Source: Eubacteriales bacterium (lineage in GTDB: Bacteria; Bacillota; Clostridia; Oscillospirales; QAKW01). From it: 64,000 nucleotides of DNA. Shown here piece by piece: positions 38,989 through 47,124 of this stretch. The stretch spans positions 22,086 to 86,085 of the forward strand of contig JAZTXG010000029.1 of the NCBI GenBank assembly GCA_045636365.1, in the 5' to 3' direction. Below the pieces are notes generated by a model. The model ran no database searches. It was not told the DNA's origin and saw only the letters and a program-made list of their open reading frames with translations. Position numbers and translations under genes: made by a program. Each line of letters opens with the position of its first letter. Position 1 is the stretch's first letter.

Positions 38989-39807
38989 ATGATCAGTACA
39001 GTAGATAAACTGTTGCTCAGTTCCGACCAACAAGCGGAATTGGCAGAATATACGCGGGCTTATAATGCCGCGCAGGCCGCCGGTGACCAAGCCGGAATGG
39101 AGCTTGCTCATCGGCGCGCCGAAGCGTTGCGCGCCTCGGCGGGCTATTCCGGCGGCGATGCGGGAGATCGCTTTATGCTGCTGACCAACGCGCAAAATGC
39201 CCCCGATGGCTATAGTGGCTATAAAAAGCTCATCAATGATGTGGCAACCGGCGGAATGAACGCCATCGCTGCGGGATATCAGCAGCAGATGGCGCAGCTG
39301 GATCAGCAACGTGCCGCGCTGGAAGCCCAAGGGGCTCAAAATCAGGCGGCGGCACGCTCAGCGGCTTGGAACACCCAGCGGTTGGCGGCCGATGGTTTGC
39401 TGACCCGCGGGCTTGAAAATACAGGGATCGCCGATGTCATTACCGCCACAGCCCTGAATCAGGCGGCGGCAAATGCCTATCGGGCATTGCTGGATCAGCA
39501 GCAGGATCTTCAGGAAAATGATACTGCCCGCCTGGATGCCCGCGCCGATGCTATGGAGGATGCCGCTCAACTTCAAGGGGAGCTCGGAACACTTTTGGCC
39601 GATGCCTACCAATCTTTTTATGAAAAGGATGCCGAACGAAAGCAAGAGCAGCTACTTCGCCAGTGGAGTACCAACACCGATCTTGCGCTGCAGGATATGA
39701 AAAATCAGGCGGCGGAAAAGAAGCAGGAGAAGGATTATTACTATACTCTGGCATTGCAGCAGCTCAAGCGCCAATGGGAATTGGAAGATCAGGCAAAGGG
39801 CCGATGA
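38989..39807 (+). CDS. Putative internal virion (DNA ejection/pilot) protein
   Basis: Ala/Gln-rich helical 272-aa protein (AH..AE..RA..GYSGG..G) at the ejection-protein position. Confidence 0.55.
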   Translation: MISTVDKLLLSSDQQAELAEYTRAYNAAQAAGDQAGMELAHRRAEALRASAGYSGGDAGDRFMLLTNAQNAPDGYSGYKKLINDVATGGMNAIAAGYQQQMAQLDQQRAALEAQGAQNQAAARSAAWNTQRLAADGLLTRGLENTGIADVITATALNQAAANAYRALLDQQQDLQENDTARLDARADAMEDAAQLQGELGTLLADAYQSFYEKDAERKQEQLLRQWSTNTDLALQDMKNQAAEKKQEKDYYYTLALQQLKRQWELEDQAKGR

Positions 39808-40145
39808 TTCCCGAGGAGCATATTTCTAAGGAATATTGCGCCGCCCGCAGCGGCGGGATCGAGCGGGTGCAAAGAATGGCGGAACGCCGCCTGGACGGGC
39901 ACGGTCAGAAGCTGGATGATCTGACCGGCGCCTGCATCCGCCTGACCGCCGCTGTGGAGCGGGTGACGCTGATTCTGGAGCGGCAGGATCAGCGATTGGA
40001 TCGGCTGGAAAGCCGAGGTATTTTAGCGTTTTTGGAAAGTTCTGCAGGAAAAGCGATGATTCGTTTTATCGGCATCGGCGCGCTGGTGCTGCTTTCGGCA
40101 GGGCTTGGTATCAATGTTGTTCAATTATTAAAGGAGGTCTTTTAA
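39804..40145 (+). CDS. Coiled-coil + C-terminal TM protein (XhlA-like lysis accessory)
   Basis: RRLDGHGQKLD...RLDRLE coiled coil then TM helix; precedes holin. Confidence 0.6.
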   Translation: MIPEEHISKEYCAARSGGIERVQRMAERRLDGHGQKLDDLTGACIRLTAAVERVTLILERQDQRLDRLESRGILAFLESSAGKAMIRFIGIGALVLLSAGLGINVVQLLKEVF

Positions 40146-40403
40146 ATGCATTGCACAAAACAAACGATCATCCGAACGGTGGTTCTTTTGATCGCATTAT
40201 TGAATCAGATCCTTCTTTTCATCGGCAAAAATCCGTTGCCGTTCAGTGAGGAAGGAATCTATGAAGCGGTGTCTTTGGTGGTAACCGTCGGCGCAAGCCT
40301 TTGGGCATGGTGGAAAAACAACAGCTTTTCCATCCAAGCCGCGGAAGCGGATCGCTATCTGGCGGCGCTTCGGTCCATCGATGAAACGGAGGGAGAAGAA
40401 TGA
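40146..40403 (+). CDS. SPP1-family phage holin
   Basis: TIIRTVVLLIALLNQIL...G.NPLP...WAWWKNNS.S..A. Confidence 0.9.
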   Translation: MHCTKQTIIRTVVLLIALLNQILLFIGKNPLPFSEEGIYEAVSLVVTVGASLWAWWKNNSFSIQAAEADRYLAALRSIDETEGEE

Positions 40404-40993
40404 CCAACTTACCCATCACCGGTGCCTTTCGGGTCACCGCGGTCTATGGTCAGCAGGGGAAATACTGGGCAAATGGTCATAAGGGCATCGATCTGGTGGC
40501 CGATGATCATCGCATCTATTCCACCTGCGAGGGCGTGGTCAAAACCGTTGCCTTCGATGCGGATGGCTGGGGGCAGTATATCGTCGTGGAAGATCAAGCG
40601 GGGCTGCGCCATTATTTTTGCCATCTGGTCCGCGGCAGTGCCAAGGTCAAGGTGGGGCAGGCGGTCAATCCGCTGACTGTTATCGGTACCATGGGCGCCA
40701 CCGGCAATGTGACCGGCTTGCATCTTCATTATGAACTGCGCAAAGGCTCCACTGTTTTGGACCCTGCCGCTTGGCTGGGGATTCCCAATCAAGTCGGCAG
40801 CTATCATTCTTCTGATTTTGAGGTGAAAGAAATGCTTTATAAAGACCAAGCAGAGATCCCTGCATGGGCGAAAGAGGCTGTGGAAAAGGTGACCGAAAAG
40901 GGCTGGATGGAGGGCGATACACAGGGCAATTTCCGACCCAACGACCCCATCACCCGCGCCGAAATGGCGATGATCCTTTCCCGCCTGAATTAA
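40400..40993 (+). CDS. Endolysin: M23 peptidase + C-terminal SLH domain
   Basis: HKGID, CHL, TG.VTGLHLHYE; WAKEAV...FRPNDPITRAEMA; no signal peptide. Confidence 0.88.
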   Translation: MTNLPITGAFRVTAVYGQQGKYWANGHKGIDLVADDHRIYSTCEGVVKTVAFDADGWGQYIVVEDQAGLRHYFCHLVRGSAKVKVGQAVNPLTVIGTMGATGNVTGLHLHYELRKGSTVLDPAAWLGIPNQVGSYHSSDFEVKEMLYKDQAEIPAWAKEAVEKVTEKGWMEGDTQGNFRPNDPITRAEMAMILSRLN

Positions 40994-41021
40994 AAAGCCG
41001 CTCTGCATCGGCAGAGCGGTT
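40994..41021. terminator. Hairpin between endolysin and convergent NUDIX gene
   Basis: agccgctctgc-atcg-gcagagcggtt. Confidence 0.65.
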
Positions 41022-41030
41022 GAGAAAAAC

Positions 41031-41567
41031 TTATTTTTTTAATAAAGCGGCGGCTTTGAGGATGGCGTTTTGGGTCTTGCCGTCGGTGATTTCACCATCG
41101 AGCACCATCTGAAGCGCCTGCTCAAAGGGCAGGGAGACGACCTCTAAAAATTCATCGTCATCAAGATTATTTTTTTGAGGGATCAGGTTGCGCCCCAGAT
41201 AAAGATATGTCAATTCCCCGAGATATGCAGGGGAGAGTTCCATATAACCCAGAGGAGTTACCTCTTGGGGCAGAAACCCGACCTCTTCGGTCAGCTCCCG
41301 CACCGCGGTCTTCATCGGATCCTCGCCGGGCTCCAATTTTCCGGCGGGGATCTCTAAAAGAGTTTTATCCACCCCATAGCGGTATTGGCGCACCAGATAA
41401 GTCCTTCCGTTTTCATCGATGGGCAAGATGCCTGCACCGCCGCTATGGGCGATACGGTCGCGGGACGCAGTCTTTCCGTCGGGAAGTTCCACCGTTCCGC
41501 TGTATACCTGAAAGATCGGTCCGTCATAAAGGATGCGTTCTTCCAACTTTTTTTCGACAATAGACAT
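41031..41567 (-). CDS. NUDIX hydrolase (ADP-ribose pyrophosphatase, NudF-like)
   Basis: RQYRY, EIPAGKLE.GE....AVRELTEEVG Nudix box, DGKT. Confidence 0.92.
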   Translation of the reverse strand: MSIVEKKLEERILYDGPIFQVYSGTVELPDGKTASRDRIAHSGGAGILPIDENGRTYLVRQYRYGVDKTLLEIPAGKLEPGEDPMKTAVRELTEEVGFLPQEVTPLGYMELSPAYLGELTYLYLGRNLIPQKNNLDDDEFLEVVSLPFEQALQMVLDGEITDGKTQNAILKAAALLKK

Positions 41568-41706
41568 AGTAATCTTCACCTCACATCTATTATTTTAAAA
41601 GCCTTGTCGATTTTTGTCAAACGATTTCTCTTTACATTTTTGTCGAAATATGTTTTGATGAGAGTACTCCTTCGACGAAAACCGACACTGCTTCACGGAT
41701 GTCGAC
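41553..41706. promoter_or_regulatory. Cluster of Spo0A-box-like heptamers upstream of the XRE/activator cassette
   Basis: TTCGACA 41553-59, TGTCGAT 41605-11, TGTCAAA 41615-21, TGTCGAA 41641-47, TTCGACG 41671-77, TGTCGAC 41700-06. Confidence 0.55.
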
Positions 41707-41731
41707 CCCCGTATATAGAGGAGTAAAAAGG

Positions 41732-41926
41732 ATGTTTAATTATCTTTATATGAATCGGGTCCGTAGCGGACTCACCCAGCAGGAATTGGCGGCGCGCGCC
41801 GGCATTTCCAGACGCACAGTCTGCAGGCTGGAGCAAAGCGGCGCTTATCCGTCGCTGCGGGTAGGCTTGCAAATCAGCCGAGCGCTGCAATGCAGCTTTG
41901 AGGAGGTGTTTCCTCTTGGCTTGTAA
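41732..41926 (+). CDS. Small XRE/Cro-like HTH regulator
   Basis: R.RSGLTQQELAARAGISRRTVCRLE.....PSL....ISRAL.CSFEEVF. Confidence 0.85.
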   Translation: MFNYLYMNRVRSGLTQQELAARAGISRRTVCRLEQSGAYPSLRVGLQISRALQCSFEEVFPLGL

Positions 41927-42080
41927 ATGCAGAAACTGCGCTGCGGTATTTGCCGCTCCCGCGATTGCAATGGAACGCCACGGTTGCGATGGCCCGTGGT
42001 ATGAGCGGGTGGAGATCTGCCCTTATTGCCGTATTTCCGGTATGCTGGAGGTTCAGGACGATGCAGGTCTCACATATTAA
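41916..42080 (+). CDS. Small zinc-ribbon protein
   Basis: TTG start after gaggaggtg; CRNC..F..P ... CPYC. Confidence 0.65.
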   Translation: MACKCRNCAAVFAAPAIAMERHGCDGPWYERVEICPYCRISGMLEVQDDAGLTY

Positions 42081-42429
42081 ATATCTACGTAAAGAATTGG
42101 AAGAATACCGCTTGCTATTGGCATCCTTCCCCGAAGGGGGCGGCTGGCAGGCGCAGGTCTTTCGCAAAAAACTGCAAAAAGCCGCCGAGCATCTGGCGGC
42201 TGAATTATGGGAAATTTCCAAGGTGATCGGCGCAATCGACGATTCGGAATTAAGGTTGATTTTCCAACTGCGGTATTTCAGAGGTTATACCTGGGCAAGG
42301 GTGGCGGAAGAGCTTCCCACCACCCTTTCTGCCGATGGCGCTCGGATGAAACACGATCGGTATCTAAAAAAGGTTCAATCGGTCAAAAAGGAAGGCGCGA
42401 CAGGCTTGTCTTCGCTCCATAGTTCATAA
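42061..42429 (+). CDS. Phage late-gene activator-like protein (RinA/ArpU/DUF1492-like, sigma-region-4 HTH)
   Basis: I..IDDSELRLIFQLRYFRGYTWARVA........A..ARMKHDRYL. Confidence 0.75.
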   Translation: MQVSHIKYLRKELEEYRLLLASFPEGGGWQAQVFRKKLQKAAEHLAAELWEISKVIGAIDDSELRLIFQLRYFRGYTWARVAEELPTTLSADGARMKHDRYLKKVQSVKKEGATGLSSLHSS

Positions 42430-43022
42430 TGGAGATGGTCGGTCTCGCCGCATTCCAGAAGCATTGATTTTCCCACCGTTCCGATGATGTCGCCACGCTT
42501 TAATAACTGACCTTCCTTGACAGCAACGGTTGCTAAAGAAGCGTAGCGCGAAACCTTGCCGTCGGTATGGCGAACAGTGACCATATTTCCCATCAGGTCA
42601 TCCTGCTCCACCGTTTCTGCCACCCCTTCACATACATTGGCAACTTCGGTTCCGGCCGCGGCAGCGATATCGATGCCGTTATGGGTACGCCAATCCTTCA
42701 ATGTATAGGAATAGAGGGGCTTTTCAGGGGAATACTGAGCAATGATCTCTCCATTTTCGATGGGAGCGGAATATTCTGCGGCGGCAGCCTGCGGTGCTTT
42801 GGTTTCTTCCTTGTTTTCCAAAGGTTCTTCCCGTTCGTCGGGGATGTTTTCTTCTACCTTTTCTACCCCTTGGGTATTGGGTGTATCCAGCGGGGTTTCG
42901 GCCAGTTTTCGTTGGGAAGCGCGATAGGAAAGAAAGCTGACGCAGCCCACGGTCAGAACACATAAACCCAATACCAAATAATAGCCTTTGGATTTCAGAA
43001 AATTCAAAATCTTATCTTTCAT
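42375..43022 (-). CDS. spoIIQ: SpoIIQ-like M23 membrane protein
   Basis: KGYY.VL.LC N-terminal TM, YS.TL.DWRTHNGID, HLHYE; downstream of spoIID; SigF/G-type promoter. Confidence 0.8.
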   Translation of the reverse strand: MKDKILNFLKSKGYYLVLGLCVLTVGCVSFLSYRASQRKLAETPLDTPNTQGVEKVEENIPDEREEPLENKEETKAPQAAAAEYSAPIENGEIIAQYSPEKPLYSYTLKDWRTHNGIDIAAAAGTEVANVCEGVAETVEQDDLMGNMVTVRHTDGKVSRYASLATVAVKEGQLLKRGDIIGTVGKSMLLECGETDHLHYELWSEDKPVAPSFLTD

Positions 43023-43055
43023 TTTTCGGATCCTCTCATCAAATGGTTTTGTTGT

Positions 43056-43085
43056 TAATATGAGCAGGATCCGATCGGATTATTC
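43056..43085 (-). promoter_or_regulatory. SigF/SigG-type promoter of spoIIQ
   Basis: GAATA-N15-GCTCATATTA. Confidence 0.65.
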
Positions 43086-44036
43086 ATCGAAATGATATTT
43101 TTCCAGAGTGGTATGCGGATAATAATAAGCCAGAATTTCCTGATAAGTATATCCCTCTTCGGCGAGGACGCAGGCGCCGTGTTGGCTCATACCCACCTGA
43201 TGGCCATAGCCGCAGACCTTGAAAATGGCTTGGTCTTTTTTGAATTCCAAGGTGAATCGCGTGCTGCGTAAGCCAAAAAGGGTGCGGATTTCTTGACCGG
43301 TGTAGGTCTTATTACCCAAGCGGATGGTTTTTACCGAGCCTCCGTTTGTATGGGTAATTTCACCGAGGGTGCAATCTTCTTGATTCAAAATGTTTGAAAA
43401 TTCTTCTAAAGGCAGTGTCACTTCGGAACGGAAGTCTTTTGCCTGCTGGTCCCAAGAGGAATCTAATGATTGAAGATAGGGAATATCGGCGCCCCAAATA
43501 TCCTTTGCCGATTCGGTCTTTCCGCCGGAGATGGCATGAAATACGGTGTTTGCCGGCGCGTTATCATAAAGAACAGCGGTCCCTAATACCGCTTCGACTG
43601 CGAAATTTAAAATCGGCTCGGAAGATTCCAGCCAATCGTTGCCCCATTTTTCGGCGGCATCGGCAGGGGAAAGATAGGCTTTGCAATGGGCAGGGTTATC
43701 GCAGACATCGCCGCTATGCCCGAAATCGCTTTCGGGATGGCTTTGGATGCTTGCTTTGCGATGCAAGAGATAACTATAGGATGCCACCACCTGCGCCTTT
43801 AATGCTTCCTGCGGATAGGAGGCGGGCATTTCTCCCGCCAGAACACCCCATAAATAGTCCTTGAGCGGGAGTGTTTGGGTGGTTTGGCTCTCGGTGCAGT
43901 ATAAGGTGACGATGGAGCCTTTGGGTGGCTCGGGGATTGGCTCTTCTTCGAAAAAACCGACCTTTCCCAATATTAAAACAGCTATAAACGGCAAAAACAA
44001 AACGATAAAATATAAAACAATCCATTTTTTCTTCAT
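43080..44036 (-). CDS. spoIID: Stage II sporulation protein D
   Basis: YL.GVLAGEMPAS...EALKAQ, HCKAY, GYGH.VGMSQ.GA, ILAYYY. Confidence 0.93.
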   Translation of the reverse strand: MKKKWIVLYFIVLFLPFIAVLILGKVGFFEEEPIPEPPKGSIVTLYCTESQTTQTLPLKDYLWGVLAGEMPASYPQEALKAQVVASYSYLLHRKASIQSHPESDFGHSGDVCDNPAHCKAYLSPADAAEKWGNDWLESSEPILNFAVEAVLGTAVLYDNAPANTVFHAISGGKTESAKDIWGADIPYLQSLDSSWDQQAKDFRSEVTLPLEEFSNILNQEDCTLGEITHTNGGSVKTIRLGNKTYTGQEIRTLFGLRSTRFTLEFKKDQAIFKVCGYGHQVGMSQHGACVLAEEGYTYQEILAYYYPHTTLEKYHFDE

Positions 44037-44059
44037 TGGCGTTGATCTCCTTTGGTACA

Positions 44060-44088
44060 AGCCTATGAATCGTATCCGGAAAAAATGA
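44060..44088 (-). promoter_or_regulatory. SigE-type promoter of spoIID
   Basis: TCATT-N16-CATAGGCT. Confidence 0.6.
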
Positions 44089-44140
44089 ATAAAAAAACAC
44101 CCGAATGCATCGCATTCGGGTGTTTTGAATTTGGCTGAAA

Positions 44141-45004
44141 TTATGCCTTATTGACAGAACCGAACAGTTCCATCTTTTCCTTAACGGTGGCTTTGATTGC
44201 CTCGAAACCATCTGCCAAAAGCTTTCTGGGGTCAAAGCCCTTGCCCTGCAGATCCTTGCCTGCTTCCACATAAGCGCGGGTAGCAGCAGCAAAGGAGAGC
44301 TGGCATTCGGTGTTGACATTGATTTTTGCAACGCCCAGAGAAATGGCTTTCTGCACCATCTCGGCGGGGATACCGGTACCGCCATGGAGAACCAGAGGCA
44401 TTCCCTCGGTAGCGGCCTGAATCTTTGCCAGCGCGTCGAAGTCAAGACCTGCCCAGTTGGCGGGATATTTGCCGTGGATGTTGCCGATACCTGCGGCGAG
44501 GAAATCTACGCCCAGATCAGCAATCTTCTTGCACTCATCGGGATCGGCGACTTCGCCGCGGCCGACAACACCGTCCTCTTCGCCGCCGATGGAGCCGACT
44601 TCGGCTTCGACCGACATACCCTTTGCATTGGCAAGAGCGATAATTTCTTTGGTCTTTTCGATATTTTCTTCGATTTCATAGTGAGAACCGTCGAACATAA
44701 CGGAGGAGAAACCGTCGGCAATGACCTTTTTGGCGCCTTCATAAGAACCGTGGTCCAGATGAACGGCAACAGGGACGGTGATGTTCAGATCTTCGATCAT
44801 ACCCTTGACCATACCCATAACTGTCTTGTAGCCGCACATATACTTGCCGGCGCCTTCGGAAACACCGAGGATGACAGGGGAGCGGTTTTCTTCAGCAGTC
44901 AGAAGAATTGCCTTAGTCCATTCCAAATTGTTGATGTTGAACTGGCCCACAGCGTAATGACCTTCATACGCCTTGCGAACCATCTCTTTTGCAGAAACGA
45001 GCAT
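44141..45004 (-). CDS. fba: Class II fructose-bisphosphate aldolase
   Basis: HLDHG, SVMFDGS, GNIHG, LVLHGGTG, KINVNT. Confidence 0.95.
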   Translation of the reverse strand: MLVSAKEMVRKAYEGHYAVGQFNINNLEWTKAILLTAEENRSPVILGVSEGAGKYMCGYKTVMGMVKGMIEDLNITVPVAVHLDHGSYEGAKKVIADGFSSVMFDGSHYEIEENIEKTKEIIALANAKGMSVEAEVGSIGGEEDGVVGRGEVADPDECKKIADLGVDFLAAGIGNIHGKYPANWAGLDFDALAKIQAATEGMPLVLHGGTGIPAEMVQKAISLGVAKINVNTECQLSFAAATRAYVEAGKDLQGKGFDPRKLLADGFEAIKATVKEKMELFGSVNKA

Positions 45005-45149
45005 ATTTTTATAGCCTCCTAAAAAATTTTCATTAACGTTATTATAATTCAACCAAATAAAAAAATCAATATTTTCTTTGACTTTTTACATAATATGCGG
45101 TATATTATATCTATATAAATATAACTAGAATTTTGAAAGGAAATTTATA

Positions 45150-46004
45150 ATGAATAAAGTGATTATTTCTGCAGACAGCACTTGTGACCTGCCTGCCGAG
45201 CTGAAAGAGCGCTATGGAGTAAAGATTATTCCCTTATATGTCAATTTGGGGGACGATTCTTTAAAGGATGGGGAAGAGATCAACCCCGATATGATTTATA
45301 CGTTTGTGGCGGAAAAGAATCAGCTGCCCAAGACTTCTGCTGCCACCATTCCCGATTATCAAGAGTGGTTTGAAGGCTTTGTCAAGGAAGGCTATGATGT
45401 TCTGCATTTCAATATTTCTTCCACCATGTCGGTGACCCATCAGAATGCAAAGATGGCAGCCGAAGAAGTGGATGGAAATGTCTATGTCATCGATAGCGGA
45501 AATCTTTCCACAGGAATGTCTTTGCTGATTGCGGATGCCGCGGATATGATCGCGGAAGGCAAATCCGCTGAAGAGATTCATCAGGAAATTTTGAAGCGTA
45601 TTCCTTTGGTACGCGCCAGCTTTGTTGTGGATACGCTGGATTATCTCAAAATGGGCGGCCGCTGCTCTTCGGTGGCGGCATTGGGCGCCAACCTGCTCAA
45701 GCTGCATCCCCGCATCGCGGTTGTCGATGGTAAGATGGGTGTGGCGGAAAAATATCGCGGCGCCATTGATGGTGTAATCATCAAATATGCCCAGCAGATG
45801 TTGGAGCAAAATAAAGATAAGATTGTGGGCAAACGTTGCTTTGTCACCCATACCAAGTATAACCCCGAGGCCGTTCAAAAGGTCTACGATCTGGTGAAGG
45901 AATCGGGCTTGTTTGAAGAAGTGATTGAAAACACCGCAGGCTGCGTCATCACCAGCCATTGCGGTCCCGGCACCTTGGGTGTCTTGTTTGAGGTAACCGA
46001 ATGA
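45150..46004 (+). CDS. DegV-family fatty-acid-binding protein
   Basis: DSTCDL, PKTSA, IDS.NLS.G, L.MGGR, SHCGPG. Confidence 0.92.
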   Translation: MNKVIISADSTCDLPAELKERYGVKIIPLYVNLGDDSLKDGEEINPDMIYTFVAEKNQLPKTSAATIPDYQEWFEGFVKEGYDVLHFNISSTMSVTHQNAKMAAEEVDGNVYVIDSGNLSTGMSLLIADAADMIAEGKSAEEIHQEILKRIPLVRASFVVDTLDYLKMGGRCSSVAALGANLLKLHPRIAVVDGKMGVAEKYRGAIDGVIIKYAQQMLEQNKDKIVGKRCFVTHTKYNPEAVQKVYDLVKESGLFEEVIENTAGCVITSHCGPGTLGVLFEVTE

Positions 46005-47032
46005 CCAAAGTTGCCGTCGGATTAAGCGGCGGTGTCGATAGCGCGGTCAGTGTGTTGCTGCTGCAGCAGGCGGGATACGAGCCGATCGGCGTCTTTTTAA
46101 GGATGCATCAGGCGGAGCAAGAGGCCGAAGCCGCGCGTAAAGCGGCGGAGGAATTGGGAATCGAATTTTATGAGCGGGATATGCGGGCGCAGTTTGAGCA
46201 ATATGTTCTGCGCCCCTTTGCCGAGCTTTATAAAAGAGGAGAGACCCCCAACCCCTGCCTGCTATGCAACCCTTCGGTCAAGTTCCGCGGCCTTTTGGAG
46301 GCGGCGGATGCATTGGGCTGCGAAAAAATCGCCACAGGGCATTATGCCGCGGTGGCGGAATTGGAAGGGAAGCATCTGATCTGTAGATTGCCCGATTCTG
46401 CCAAGGATCAAAGCTATATGCTTTATGGTTTGGGAGAAGAGGTGCTTTCTCGGTTGATCTTGCCGTTGGGCGAATGGGGGGATAAGTCTCAAATCCGCGC
46501 CATGGCAAAAGAAAAAGGGCTCTCTAATGCCCAGAAGAAGGATTCTCTGGACCTTTGCTTTTTGCAGCCGGAGGATTCCCACGCTGCATTTATCGAAACC
46601 TATACCGGTTCGGCGCCCAAAGCGGGGAAAATTATCAATCTTCACGGCAAGGTCCTCGGCACCCATGCGGGAATCTGCAATTATACCGTCGGTCAGCGCC
46701 GCGGCTTGGGGGTGGCGTCGGATCAGCGCCTTTATGTTTGCGCCTTGGATCCGCAGGAAAATACCGTTACTCTTGGTCCGAAATCCTCGGTGGAGACCCA
46801 AGAGGTTTTTATCAAAGATCTGATTTTGCATCTGCCCTTGCGGCAGGGGTTATCGGCGAAGATTCGTTATCATGATAAAGATACCGCTGTCTGCGTCGAG
46901 CTGCTGGAAAAGGAGCGGGCGGTTTTGCATTTTGAAGCCCCTAAATCCGCGGCTGCGCCGGGGCAAAGCGCGGTGATTTATTGGCAAGATTGGGTGCTGG
47001 GCGGCGGAATTATCGAGAAGTTAGATAAATAA
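46001..47032 (+). CDS. mnmA: tRNA 2-thiouridine synthase
   Basis: SGGVDS, TPNPC, ATGHY, KDQSY, YTVGQRRG, PGQ. Confidence 0.93.
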   Translation: MTKVAVGLSGGVDSAVSVLLLQQAGYEPIGVFLRMHQAEQEAEAARKAAEELGIEFYERDMRAQFEQYVLRPFAELYKRGETPNPCLLCNPSVKFRGLLEAADALGCEKIATGHYAAVAELEGKHLICRLPDSAKDQSYMLYGLGEEVLSRLILPLGEWGDKSQIRAMAKEKGLSNAQKKDSLDLCFLQPEDSHAAFIETYTGSAPKAGKIINLHGKVLGTHAGICNYTVGQRRGLGVASDQRLYVCALDPQENTVTLGPKSSVETQEVFIKDLILHLPLRQGLSAKIRYHDKDTAVCVELLEKERAVLHFEAPKSAAAPGQSAVIYWQDWVLGGGIIEKLDK

Positions 47033-47124
47033 AGAAAAAATATATGAAATCCACTTGAAATTTTATATATTTTATAGTAATATTATTGTATGTATATATC
47101 CTTTATTGGACGAGGAGGTCGCAT

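Larger units (their letters stand above)
31113..40993 (+). mobile_element. Podovirus/P22-like virion morphogenesis and lysis operon without integrase or replication genes (GTA-like element or cryptic prophage)
   Basis: 14 co-oriented, tightly coupled ORFs in terminase-portal-scaffold-capsid-tail-lysis order, flanked directly by host genes. Confidence 0.85.

Noticed and set aside
31113-40993. Encapsulin, tailocin/contractile injection system or PICI satellite
   Set aside because: Terminase and portal indicate DNA packaging; no sheath, tube or baseplate genes; no integrase or primase typical of satellites
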